DNA of 64,000 nt, taken from the NCBI GenBank assembly GCA_964410735.1, contig CAYPIF010000052.1, forward strand, positions 7,132-71,131, in the 5' to 3' direction. The DNA is from an uncultured Thermoplasmatales archaeon. GTDB taxonomy: Archaea > Thermoplasmatota > E2 > DHVEG-1. Numbering within the stretch: position 1 is the first letter of the stretch; each line of letters begins with the position of its first letter. The translations under genes and the position numbers were made by a program. The notes below the pieces were generated by a model. That model made no database searches, was not told the origin of the DNA, and was given only the letters and a program-made list of their open reading frames with translations. Shown piece by piece: positions 48,759 to 59,281 of the stretch.

Positions 48759-50717
48759 ATGAGATATTTTCCAGTACTTGCTGCGGTTCTCATCTTGTTA
48801 AGTAGTACCGTGGCAATAGGCGTAAATCTAGATCCAAAAACTGTTGAGAGAATCGAGGTTAACACCACATTTAATCAACCAATTTTTGAACAAACAGTAG
48901 CGAATGGGGATGCCTACCTGAAAATGGTGTCCATAGAAAACTTTGGGGTTATCAGCCACGCCGGTCAGCCACTTCTCCCTAGACGTATCCAGACTTTTGA
49001 GGTTCCTTTTGGAACGATCATTTCTGATGTTTCACTATCTGTTGGTTCGTCTAAGACCATGAAGATCAATGAAAAGATCCTACCTGCACCCTTACCGATC
49101 ATTCAAGGTTCTAACTCTCCAGAGCAGTATGAGATGGATGAATTAGTATACGAAGCTAATGAGTATTATCCCTTTGAACCTTACAGCATTCATATGGGTG
49201 GAGGATTAAATAGTGAAAATCAACGAACGACCTTTATAACTCTTGAAGTATTTCCCGTTCAATATAATCCAGTAACAGATACGATACGTTATGTTGAGGA
49301 CATGGATGTCAGTATTAGCTATAAGGCGCCTTCAGAACCATTGATCACCGCTACTGATGAATTTGATATGGTTATCATCGCTCCATCAAGTTTCGCTAGC
49401 GATCTCCAACGATTAATCGACCATAAAAACAGTTATGATATGAAGACGTTCCTGAAGACGACAGAGGATATCTACGGTGGGTACACTGGTACAGACAAAC
49501 CGGAACAAATAAAATATTTCGTCAAAGATGCTATTGAGACATACAATATCACCTATGTCATGCTTGTTGGTGGATTGAAATCACCATTATGGGCGACACC
49601 GCGGGATGATGCGAACCAAGGTTCTGCTGATTGGTTGGTTCCTGTAAGATATACAAATCTCAAAGAAGTGGGTAGCACTTATGATCCTGGTTTTATCAGT
49701 GATCTCTATTATGCTGATATCTATGATGCCGGTGGTAATTTCTCAAGCTGGGATAGTGATAAAAACGGGGACAGTGATGGAATTTATGCCAACTGGAAAT
49801 TTGGTGCATCAAAGGATTATATAGATCTTTATCCTGATGTTTATGTTGGACGACTTGCTTGTCGAAACAAGGTCGAACTAGGGTTCATGATTGATAAGAT
49901 AATTACCTATGAAACATCGACATATGGGGCTGACTGGTTCAATCGGATGATTGCAGTTGGTGGAGATAGTCATGATGATAGCACGAATTATGTTGAAGGT
50001 GAAGAGGTCTGTAATGCTGTCTTCGAACAGTATATGTCAGATTTCACACCTGTGAAAATTTATTCGTCAAATAAAGAGACAAATACTGATTTAATCCCAA
50101 ATGATAAGAATATTATCCGTGAAACATCTCTTGGTGCAGGATTCCTTTTATTCGATGGGCATGGTAGCCCCGGGTCGTGGAATACCCATTGGCCAGGTGA
50201 AATCAACTGGGATGATACGCCCGGTGGTATCAGCGTTTATGATTTCTTTGATTTTGAGAACAGTGGAAAATACCCAATTAGTGTTGTTGGCGGGTGTCAT
50301 AACAGTCAGTTCAATATAACGCTTCTATCGACTGCTTTGAACCTTCCGTTCACATGGTCTCATGGCGTCCCGTATGCAGAGTGTTTTGGATGGAGCCTTG
50401 CTCGAAAACAAGATGGTGGTTCAATCGCTAGTTTTGGTAACACTGGTCTTGGGTATGGTTCTATCGGTGAGAATGGTGATCTTGATGGTGATGGTGTCAA
50501 TCTTCCAGATGCTGTTGAGGCAGCAGGAGGCTATCAGAAGGCAGTGTTCTTTAAGACCTACAGTGAGGGTGTTGATATCCTTGGTGCTGTTTGGGGTGGC
50601 GCTGAGAGAAGTTATCTTAATACTTATCCGGGTATGAGCGATCAAACGGATTGTAAAACCGTGGAACAGTGGCCATTACTTGGTGATCCAAGTCTTAAGA
50701 TTGGTGGATACGAATAG
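48759..50717 (+). CDS. Peptidase C25 (gingipain-like), second paralog
   Basis: VMLVGG, SDLYYAD, VGRLA, DGHGS, GGCHN, LLGDPSL; collinear with 8251-10230. Confidence 0.9.
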   Translation: MRYFPVLAAVLILLSSTVAIGVNLDPKTVERIEVNTTFNQPIFEQTVANGDAYLKMVSIENFGVISHAGQPLLPRRIQTFEVPFGTIISDVSLSVGSSKTMKINEKILPAPLPIIQGSNSPEQYEMDELVYEANEYYPFEPYSIHMGGGLNSENQRTTFITLEVFPVQYNPVTDTIRYVEDMDVSISYKAPSEPLITATDEFDMVIIAPSSFASDLQRLIDHKNSYDMKTFLKTTEDIYGGYTGTDKPEQIKYFVKDAIETYNITYVMLVGGLKSPLWATPRDDANQGSADWLVPVRYTNLKEVGSTYDPGFISDLYYADIYDAGGNFSSWDSDKNGDSDGIYANWKFGASKDYIDLYPDVYVGRLACRNKVELGFMIDKIITYETSTYGADWFNRMIAVGGDSHDDSTNYVEGEEVCNAVFEQYMSDFTPVKIYSSNKETNTDLIPNDKNIIRETSLGAGFLLFDGHGSPGSWNTHWPGEINWDDTPGGISVYDFFDFENSGKYPISVVGGCHNSQFNITLLSTALNLPFTWSHGVPYAECFGWSLARKQDGGSIASFGNTGLGYGSIGENGDLDGDGVNLPDAVEAAGGYQKAVFFKTYSEGVDILGAVWGGAERSYLNTYPGMSDQTDCKTVEQWPLLGDPSLKIGGYE

Positions 50718-50812
50718 GTCCACTTTTCCTTTTTTTTCTTTTATTTTTAATTAAATCATAGAATAAATTATTGGAAATGTCTCTTGTTATCATTACTAGA
50801 TCAATATCCACT

Positions 50813-52140
50813 TTAGTATCTTATTAATAGGAAAACTCTTAGTGTGTCAATGGGTTGATAAAAAGAAAGAATGTCAACATAATCCGTGGATTTTTCTCCC
50901 AATCGATTGTATGCGATAGTAGTAATTCGATGTTGCCCTATTGATCGGATGTTGCAATGCCATTCAAAGGGAGGGGTTTTATCTGTTGTGATACGGATAT
51001 CATCATAATAGAATTCCACATGGGTAAAGGCAGCATCTGTTGTCGTTTCAGCGAGTATAGCTATATCGTTTATGATACTAGTCTTCATTATATCTGTGAA
51101 CTCTACGAACGTGTTATCCTTGGACAATGACTGTTTCTTTGGTGAAACGATTCGTATCTGTGGTGGATGAGTTGGTTGATCTGCAAGATATGCAAGCGTT
51201 CCTGTTATGAGCTTTGTAGTATTGACCAGATAACTGAAGTTAACATTCGAAAGATCATCGTTAGGTGTGTGCATATTCTGGTCTCGATCTGCCTCCCAAA
51301 AGGCTACCGCTTCATATCAAAATGCAGCAAAAGGAAAATAATCGCTTCCTCCTCTATCAATGGGCCACGTTCCAAAATCAAAGTTCAAATCTGAGATTTC
51401 ATTGATAATTGAGAATATTTCGGCAACACTCGTTGCATCCTCAGTTAGTGAAAGTCTAAATGATGATCCTCCTTCTGTGGTTGTTGCATGACCCATCATA
51501 TCCGCGTTAACATCAACTATTATGTTGTCGTTGTTTTGGTATGCTTCTTTGGCATAAGCAGTGCTTCCTTTTAAACCGATTTCTTCACCTGAGAATGTAA
51601 CGAGTCGCGTAATGTGTGGTTGAAGATGTATTGGCCTAGGACATATGCTGCGGCAAGTGCTGCAGCAGTTCCTGGTCCATCGTCATTAGCCCCCAGGCAC
51701 ATTTTCTACGGTATCATAATGTGCACTAAAAAGGATGATATCATCGGTTAGCCCAGGTAATGTTGCTTCCACAGTCTGGCTTATGTACTCTCCAGGGTGA
51801 TATCTATCGTCAAGGGCGGACCAGTCATCATATCTTGTTTCAAGTCCCATGCAGCTGAATTGATCATGGATGGATGATGCTGCTCGTTCACACCCGGCTG
51901 TTCCAGTATATCGTGGTGCAAGATCAACTAATGTTTCAAGATATGATCTGAGCAACGGTTCATTAATGCTATTAAGTATTGTTTGGATCTTCTCAATGTT
52001 TGCGAAGGGGTTATAGGTTGATGGTTGTGGGAAATCCTGGTTTTCTTGTTTTGTTAACTCTATAGATCCCACGGGAATGATACTAAGAAGGGGGATATAC
52101 GCAATAAGATATACTGATTTGTTCTGATGCTTTAAAGTAA
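50813..52140 (-). pseudogene. Degraded M28-family secreted aminopeptidase with C-terminal Ig-like domain
   Basis: Fragments give SAHYD, PG(A)NDDG, FSGEEIGLKGS, NADMMG, GSDY and HTPND. There are frameshifts near 51690-51610, an in-frame TGA at 51317, and no intact start before the signal-like segment. Confidence 0.8.
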
Positions 52141-52258
52141 AAAGTCCTATGTTGGTATATATTTTGGTATAAAATCAGTGATTCATTATTTGATTTAAAA
52201 TAGAATTAAGAATGGATTGTCCTTGTTGTGAAAATATATGCGTCAGAATAACTGCCAT

Positions 52259-52666
52259 CTATTTTAACTTGTATTCGACAGTATCAATATTTGATGTGTT
52301 TTTCTTATACCCAAGTTTATCTTCTCGTGCAAGCCAGCCAATAGCAGAGTACGCTTCCTTCTTATGGATTTTTGCAATTTTTACGATTGAAGGAATAGTG
52401 ATTTCACCATGATTATAAAGCGTTGTATACACTTTACCTGCATTACCGCCGATCTCTTGTTCCAGGTTTGTTTGATTCAGTTCATAGATCCCAGCTTTAT
52501 AACTTATCTTATCTTCTCGTGCAAGCCAGCCCACTGCGGCATAGAAATCTTCTTCTTTTAATCGAGTTTTCTTAAGTATTGTTTTTCCCTCAAGTGGTCC
52601 TCTTTTGTTCAATTCGACCCAAATCTTACCTGCATTCCTGCCAAACTTATGGAATATTTCGACCAT
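52259..52666 (-). CDS. Tandem DUF2582-type winged-helix protein, second paralog
   Basis: GRNAGKIW...AVGWLAREDKI and GGNAGKVY...AIGWLAREDKL; probable start ATG 52666. Confidence 0.8.
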   Translation of the reverse strand: MVEIFHKFGRNAGKIWVELNKRGPLEGKTILKKTRLKEEDFYAAVGWLAREDKISYKAGIYELNQTNLEQEIGGNAGKVYTTLYNHGEITIPSIVKIAKIHKKEAYSAIGWLAREDKLGYKKNTSNIDTVEYKLK

Positions 52667-52835
52667 AAAAAACCACCCTATGACTATGATAATCTCAATC
52701 ATATAGAAATATTTTCTTATATTTTCAAGCGATTTCATGCCCTTTGACCGGATTATTCCTTTACTATATGGCGCCTCAAAAAACCAATGTGATATTTTTT
52801 ATATTTTAATTGTGTTATATTTACGTTGTGTTGAG

Positions 52836-54233
52836 ATGTTGAAAGTATATTATTCCATCATTTTTGTTCTTCTATTGTTCTCTTCATCATTGTTCACTCC
52901 ACTTGTTAGAGCAGAAGATGGCAAAACCCTTATATCACAAGTAAATGGACATTGCACTTATTCATCATATATTATCCCAAACGTTCCCTATGTATCTCAA
53001 GAAACCGATTTTTATTGTACCTATGCATGCCCTACAATGGTATTGAAATATTATGGGTATAACACGAGTCTTGATGAGGTTCTGTATTACTCAGGAGCAG
53101 GGTACTCACTTGTGTATTCACATCCAAAAGTTAAACGATTCCTTATCAGCTGCGTTGGATCAAGTAACTGGGAAATGGATAGGAGATTCACCGGTGAGCT
53201 CTTTGGATTAGCCTATACTGAAGATCGACTCATGGAGTATCCGCTGGATGAATCACAGCGTTGGAATCTTTATTGGAATAAGATCAAAGAGAATATCACT
53301 AGTGGCTGCCCAGTGATAACCATTGTTGATCCATCCTGTCTTTCATCAGTTCAATCAGCTATTCAACATATGCTTGGCATCCCTGATATGCTATGGAATA
53401 TGATACCTGCCGGTGTGTTCAGTCTCTTCCCTTCAACGATGACACATATGATCAATATTGTTGGTTTCAATGAGGAAAACAATAGTATTTGTTATAATGA
53501 TCCTTCAGCAGCTTTGTTCGGTGATGCCTCATTTGGCACCTATGCATGGATGAATGTTTCGCTTATTTGCAGGAGTATGCTACGGATTTCATCGATTTCA
53601 GGATTTGCATATATGATAGGGACGTTCCATAAGAATAATACCATTTCACTATCTTTTGAAGATCGTTTATATGCTGCCCATGTTCGTAATATAAAGAAAA
53701 TGAATGGGGATCCAGGGAGTTATGATGCACAGATTCTTAGAACGTGGGATGCATCAGCTCTTGGTATTAACGGCCTAAGGTCACTGAAAAATGATCTGGG
53801 GTCAGGTATTGATAACCGTCCGACTACTATCCTGCTTTATAAAATGCTGAGCACACTTTTGTTCTACTCATTCTCATACAAGATCTACCGTTTTTTCGAC
53901 CGGTTTTTCCCATCAGTTCTAAATCTATCGGACTTTAATGAACAGATGAACTATGTGCATCAGTTATCAATTGAGAAACATGATATCTCCGATTGGTTAT
54001 TTTCAATAGCTGAAAAAGTAAGCGATCCATCGGTTGCTGATATATATTATTCGGATGCTGTTCTCTTGCATGATGAGGCGTTCATCTGTGAACAACTAGC
54101 TGAGAACTTTTCATTATTCCTTCATCATGGTATCTGGTTCTCATATCCAAAAGCAGTGACGGTTATTGAACATATGTCCGAACATGTATCAGATATGATC
54201 GAAATCGAAGAAACGATCCTAAAGCAGAAGTAG
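52836..54233 (+). CDS. Secreted peptidase C39-like protein with C-terminal helical region
   Basis: Signal peptide; VPYVSQETDFYC...MVLKYYG (Gln/Cys), HMINIVGF (His), YNDP (Asp). Confidence 0.75.
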   Translation: MLKVYYSIIFVLLLFSSSLFTPLVRAEDGKTLISQVNGHCTYSSYIIPNVPYVSQETDFYCTYACPTMVLKYYGYNTSLDEVLYYSGAGYSLVYSHPKVKRFLISCVGSSNWEMDRRFTGELFGLAYTEDRLMEYPLDESQRWNLYWNKIKENITSGCPVITIVDPSCLSSVQSAIQHMLGIPDMLWNMIPAGVFSLFPSTMTHMINIVGFNEENNSICYNDPSAALFGDASFGTYAWMNVSLICRSMLRISSISGFAYMIGTFHKNNTISLSFEDRLYAAHVRNIKKMNGDPGSYDAQILRTWDASALGINGLRSLKNDLGSGIDNRPTTILLYKMLSTLLFYSFSYKIYRFFDRFFPSVLNLSDFNEQMNYVHQLSIEKHDISDWLFSIAEKVSDPSVADIYYSDAVLLHDEAFICEQLAENFSLFLHHGIWFSYPKAVTVIEHMSEHVSDMIEIEETILKQK

Positions 54234-54236
54234 ATG

Positions 54237-54437
54237 TTAATCCTTTTTCATCTTCAATGGTAAGTACAGGATGTAAAAGATACAAAGAAATTCTACAATC
54301 GCTCCAATTACGACAGCAATAGGCATCCATCCTTGAAGGTAATAATGCATCATTGCTAAAAGAAGTGTTGCAAAAAATGCGATGACAACATAGATCATCG
54401 TCCGTTGTTTCTTCGTTCGCTTCTCAAACATAATCAC
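54237..54437 (-). CDS. Small two-TM membrane protein
   Basis: 66 aa with two hydrophobic segments and basic ends. Confidence 0.6.
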   Translation of the reverse strand: MIMFEKRTKKQRTMIYVVIAFFATLLLAMMHYYLQGWMPIAVVIGAIVEFLCIFYILYLPLKMKKD

Positions 54438-54591
54438 CGTTGCAATACGTCTGTCTCATTTAAACATTGTTAAATCCTGTATCTCTCTGTTGCATATCTA
54501 ATCGCCTCTTCCAAATATATAATGGTTGAGGGAGTAAGGCTATGTGAACAAAAGATTTGAAAAACAGAGGAACAATACTTAATTTGACGAA

Positions 54592-55320
54592 ATGGAAACC
54601 AGACATCTTTTGATACATAACACGGATTTTCTCGTTAAATTACATTATGAGAGTAGAAAAAATTCTAGAGTGTCAATTAGACGGAACATCATCAATATTC
54701 GGCTTCCACGATCTATTTCCAAAAAAGAACAGGACAATCAGATGGAAAAACTAATCGACTGGGCCGTGAACCATATACGGAAACATCCTGATAAGTTCCA
54801 ACCGGTGGGTTATAAGAGATATATCGATGGTGATGAGATACACACAACAAGAAAGACGTATCATGTTAGGTTGATGGTAAAGGATAAAAAGCATAGTTCT
54901 GCACGGTTAAAGGATGATACGATACATCTTTCCCTCTCAAATGATTTAACAGATGAAGAAAGAAATAAGCATGCGGCAACCCTCATCAGTCGATGTATCG
55001 CATCCGAGCAGCTCCCGAAACTCAAAGAGAGGATCCACGAACTTAATGATATATATTTTAAGCAGGGGATCAAGGGGATTTATTTTAAAAACAACATCTC
55101 GAACTGGGGAAGTTGTTCCCAATTAGGAAATATCAATATATCAACAAGGTTGGTGTTTGCCCCTGATGATGTTGTAGACTATGTCTGTATCCATGAACTT
55201 GCTCACCTTATTGAACAGAATCATTCCCAACGTTTTTGGAAGTTGGTCTCTGATGTAATGCCGGAGTATAAGGAGAAACTCCAATGGCTTAAGGAGAATG
55301 GTGAAAACTGCAGGTTTTAA
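54592..55320 (+). CDS. YgjP/DUF45 (SprT-like) zinc metallohydrolase
   Basis: WGSCS, DYVCIHELAHL..NHS.RFW. Confidence 0.9.
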   Translation: METRHLLIHNTDFLVKLHYESRKNSRVSIRRNIINIRLPRSISKKEQDNQMEKLIDWAVNHIRKHPDKFQPVGYKRYIDGDEIHTTRKTYHVRLMVKDKKHSSARLKDDTIHLSLSNDLTDEERNKHAATLISRCIASEQLPKLKERIHELNDIYFKQGIKGIYFKNNISNWGSCSQLGNINISTRLVFAPDDVVDYVCIHELAHLIEQNHSQRFWKLVSDVMPEYKEKLQWLKENGENCRF

Positions 55321-55558
55321 ATAGAGCGGTCGGTCCCAACATTTTCGAATCCATCAAGGAGATTAAATAGTTTATATCCTAAAAGAACCCGTATTGTTCC
55401 ATCTTTTTTCTTTAGAGAACGCCCTTTGTTGTCACCGTATCGTTGCACTTCTATGATATCATTTTTCACTAATTTATTGAGGTGATCACCCAATAAGTAA
55501 TGCAAAAATGGTATATTTATTTCCTAATCATACACGAGAATAAAAAAGTATAAAAAGA

Positions 55559-56422
55559 TCATTCTTTCTGCTGACTGTTTACGTATGTGATGCCGGTGTG
55601 TGTTAGTTCAATAGTATCTGTGGTTACATATTGGACCATTTCCATTTTTGATAATTTTTTGATCATTGTATTCAAATCATCCCGGGTTATATCAAGCATT
55701 TTTATTGCGGTATCTGCGTCCATATCGCCCTTGAGCATCAGTTTTAAAAGATTGTATTCCTTTTCAAAAATCCTAACTTCCTTTTCGAGTTTTTCAGGAT
55801 CGGTTGTTGTTTCACCTGAAAGCGTCTCAACATAATTCTGGATGATCCTGTCAAGGTTCAAACGATCAAGCACCTTTCCTTGTTCATCATATAAAGTGCA
55901 GTATTTGCTTCCCTCTTCATGATGCCAGGCGGAGACCTTTTCCCAGTTATATCCTAGTAGGTTCTCTGTTGTACCGTCTTGCTTGAGTTTCTTCTTTCGT
56001 TCTCTGCGTTCGTATGCATGGTGCTGTTCAAGTTGGATCTGGTCAAGGTCCACACCGTAATTGTGTATTGCCCGTGTAAAATTTTTTCCTGCATATTCTT
56101 TGAACTCAGTGATAAAATACAGTCCTGCTTCCTCGCTAAGCTCCTCATATACTAAGCGAATAAATGATTCAATAGCCTTTCCGATGTTCTCTCTTGTGAG
56201 CTGTTCAATACTTGTGCTTGAAAATGAAACATAATCTTCTGATTCTTCTGGTACTTCATTGTATAATTTGACCCCTTCAAGGAAATCGTATCTATTTTTT
56301 AGCGCGTCGATTGATGATTTAATGGTGTCATCTGCGAATCGGGAGGACGTTCTCCTGCTGGCAACGATATAAACGCATTGAATGGTTTTCTTGACCATAT
56401 CTGTTTTACTGTATGACTCCAT
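55559..56422 (-). CDS. Hypothetical protein with N-terminal helical domain and C-terminal winged helix
   Basis: C-terminal DADTAIKMLDITRDDLNTMIKKL...IELTHTG (wHTH-like); co-oriented downstream of the histidine kinase. Confidence 0.65.
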   Translation of the reverse strand: MESYSKTDMVKKTIQCVYIVASRRTSSRFADDTIKSSIDALKNRYDFLEGVKLYNEVPEESEDYVSFSSTSIEQLTRENIGKAIESFIRLVYEELSEEAGLYFITEFKEYAGKNFTRAIHNYGVDLDQIQLEQHHAYERRERKKKLKQDGTTENLLGYNWEKVSAWHHEEGSKYCTLYDEQGKVLDRLNLDRIIQNYVETLSGETTTDPEKLEKEVRIFEKEYNLLKLMLKGDMDADTAIKMLDITRDDLNTMIKKLSKMEMVQYVTTDTIELTHTGITYVNSQQKE

Positions 56423-56546
56423 GACAATTCTACCTGATTCTATCAAAGTGATTATCTCTCATTTATCCTATCTTGAGTTCAATCTCTCCTCTTTCCTTGT
56501 TTGTATAAGTATGAAATCTTAAATCATTTGTGTTTTTTCTCTGTTT

Positions 56547-57815
56547 TTAATTTGAAGGTATGTTCTGTAATTGGTAGCTTCCTTCTTTTACAGGCGGTTC
56601 GTTATCCTCCCAACGATATAAGGTGAAATGAAGGGTTGTCCCTTTCCCGGTTCCCTCGCTTTCAGCCCATATCCTCCCCTGATGTTTTTCGATGATCCGT
56701 TTACAGATGGTCATCCCTAACCCACTACTGTCGAAATCATGTCTTGAATCATCTGCCTTGTAGAACTCATCAAAGATATGATTTATTTGTTCAGGACTCA
56801 TGCCCATCCCATTATCTTTGATCGATATCGTGCATGTTCTTTCATTGGTTGATGAATACAAACTGATCATACTGTTCTCAGGACTATATTTTATTGCATT
56901 AGACAGGATGTTATCAAATAATTCAATCAATCGTAATTTATCAGCTTTCACAAAGATATCATTTGAAATCATATTTTCAATGGTTATGTTTTTCTCCTGA
57001 AATTGTAATGTGTTTTTAAGGATACATGATTCACATTGCTCTCTAACATTTAACCTTTCAAATAATAATTTTATATTCGGTGAGTTCAACCGTGCCAGTT
57101 CCAATGTTTTCGCAATAAGATTCTTCATATGTTGAACATTCCGATTGATTACCTCTAGCATCTCTTTTGATTTTGGGTTAAGGTCCTGTTTTTCTAAAAC
57201 CGGAAGAAGATTAACTAAAGGTGCCAACGGATTCTTCAGATCATGGCCAAGCTGGTTGATGAATTCATCCTTCTGTTTCAATAATCGTTCTATTTCTTCA
57301 GTTCTCCCCTGTATTTTCCGCTCTAGATCCTTGTTTATCGCAATAAGCATCATCTGAGTTAGTTGCAATTCCCGTTCAGTACGTCTTGCCCTTGTAACAT
57401 CCTCTATGATAAGGATTGCCTCGCTATTGTATTCTTCATCTTGGATGATACTTCCAATGATCAATGCTGGAAACAGTTTTCCATCTTTTCGCTGGAGATA
57501 TGATTCAACTCGAATGTATTGATTTCTTCTAAGGTCATTGAGTATGTCCGTTAACTCATTGGTAAATGCCTTTGGCCAGTATGGTGCTGGTGTAGCCTTG
57601 CCAATGATCTCTTCTTGTTCAAAGCCTGTTATCCCGCAAAAGGTTGGATTTATCATCAGGTGTTCATTCTTGTTGTTTAGGACAATAATCCCCACTCCTG
57701 CATTGTCTAAGATTATCTTGAGTTTTTTATCGGGGATGAGATATTGTTTCTCAGTTTGTTGTGTTTCTGCATCCAATTGTGGTACCATCTGATCAATGTC
57801 CCTATAATATTTCAA
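56547..57815 (-). CDS. Cytoplasmic PAS-domain sensor histidine kinase
   Basis: PAS (INPTFCGITGFEQEEIIGK...RKDG), H-box HDLKNPL, N-box NAIKYS, DNGMG, GLGMTICK; no TM segments. Confidence 0.93.
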   Translation of the reverse strand: MKYYRDIDQMVPQLDAETQQTEKQYLIPDKKLKIILDNAGVGIIVLNNKNEHLMINPTFCGITGFEQEEIIGKATPAPYWPKAFTNELTDILNDLRRNQYIRVESYLQRKDGKLFPALIIGSIIQDEEYNSEAILIIEDVTRARRTERELQLTQMMLIAINKDLERKIQGRTEEIERLLKQKDEFINQLGHDLKNPLAPLVNLLPVLEKQDLNPKSKEMLEVINRNVQHMKNLIAKTLELARLNSPNIKLLFERLNVREQCESCILKNTLQFQEKNITIENMISNDIFVKADKLRLIELFDNILSNAIKYSPENSMISLYSSTNERTCTISIKDNGMGMSPEQINHIFDEFYKADDSRHDFDSSGLGMTICKRIIEKHQGRIWAESEGTGKGTTLHFTLYRWEDNEPPVKEGSYQLQNIPSN

Positions 57816-57904
57816 AATCTCCTTTAGACTCGCATCTTTGTTGCTGTTTCCCTCTCACTATTTAAATTCATAATTCAATTTGTTATATAAATAATTATTG
57901 AAAT

Positions 57905-59164
57905 TTAATAAATTTTCTTAACAAATGTTACTGGAGTTTTGCGTTTTGCTAAGCATTTATATGTCCTTTTTGTAGATTTATATGGATGAAGAATGCCCTC
58001 TATGATATTTTTAACGCCTTTTTCTCCTAATGTATGCACAGATGAGATGAGCTGACCAACCAGTTCAGTAAGGATCCATCGATGTTTCATCTCAGGTGTA
58101 TAACCCTGGTTTTTTAGCATGGCATACACGGGTGAAAGCAACGAGACGATCTCAAGTAGAGTGTCCGCTACAGTACTCAGAGTCAGGTATCTGCTGACCC
58201 CTTCACTACACCGTAGCCGGCAATCCTTTAACCCGAAATCACCTTTGCCTTCCCTGTGCCATACCTCAATGTCCCACCTTCTGGAATACCAAGTGGCGAT
58301 AGCCAACTCATCCCACGTAAGATTATTCGAAACATAGAAATATATGTTTCCATGCTTGTTCATTGAAACAAGCAAACGGACTCTCCCTGCTTTTTTCATA
58401 GTAACGGTGAACACTTTCATCAGACACTTCTGATCACCAAGGGTAACAACCTTAAAACCACCCTGATCTATTTTTTAATGTCCAAATTTTCTAAGCGGGA
58501 TCCATCGTCCCTCTGATCGTACCAGTCGATTTGATTTTGACCGCACAACCCAATCCTTTCCAAGAGACTCGATATGATCAGTGAGTTTCTTACTGAAATA
58601 CCAGATATCCATAACAACACAAGAAAAATGAAGATCCATATCAATGAGCATAGAGAGATGATCCATCTGCAGTTCTATCTTACTTGTGAACTCATTGTTC
58701 TTGCCCCATCTGCTCCCTTCCTTGATATACATACTGGAAAGAAGCGGATAGATCCCTTCACCAGATAAGACACAATCCGCTATCTGTCACCCCCAAATAT
58801 TCCGATTTTTTGCATGATCATGATGCCAATCAGTACCATATATCCCCATCCCACATTTTTCAACGATATAATCATCCAACACAACAACACCCCCTGATTC
58901 AACCTGATCGATAATGTTTATCTTAACCTTATTCATCTCATACTCACTCCAAGTTACATGAGTGATAAAACGATTAAGATTTGACTGATTTGAATGAAAC
59001 GTGAACAATCCATTCATATGAGCAATCGTTTTCTTCTTAGAAGAGAAATACCCGGCCATAAACTGTTTGAAATGAATCAACTGACGTTCCTGATCAAAAA
59101 GATGAGTAAACTCCGTACTCATCTCCTCCACATAGGAAGGAAATTGAACAATTGGTAACTCCAT
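57905..59164 (-). pseudogene. DDE transposase pseudogene (two in-frame stops)
   Basis: Three track ORFs share one frame, separated by TGA 58787 and TAA 58475. Motifs are LDDY..EK, MDIWY and Y..RW.IE..HREGK...GL. Confidence 0.85.
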
Positions 59165-59243
59165 CCGTACATCCCAAGTAATGGTAAAGAGTTTTATGAA
59201 CAAAAAGTTATGTATCTCAGGATTCTAAAACGCAAAAAACCAG
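57931..59243 (-). mobile_element. Inactive insertion sequence (IS701-like DDE transposase) with 17-bp TIRs and 8-bp target duplication
   Basis: TIRs are CTGGAGTTTTGCGTTTT (57931-47) and AAAACGCAAAAAACCAG (59227-43), matching at 15/17. Flanks are AAATGTTA and AGATGTTA. Confidence 0.82.
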
Positions 59244-59281
59244 AGATGTTATTTAACAATTTTTGACCATTTTTTCTGCAG

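Noticed and set aside
55317..55505. 62-aa minus-strand ORF
   Set aside because: TTG start, no RBS or motif; it may be a remnant but cannot be supported.
58475..58789. Selenocysteine or stop-codon recoding in the transposase (and TGA 51317 in the M28 gene)
   Set aside because: The stops are of mixed types (TGA, TAA) in decaying accessory genes, and TGA terminates intact genes elsewhere in the window.
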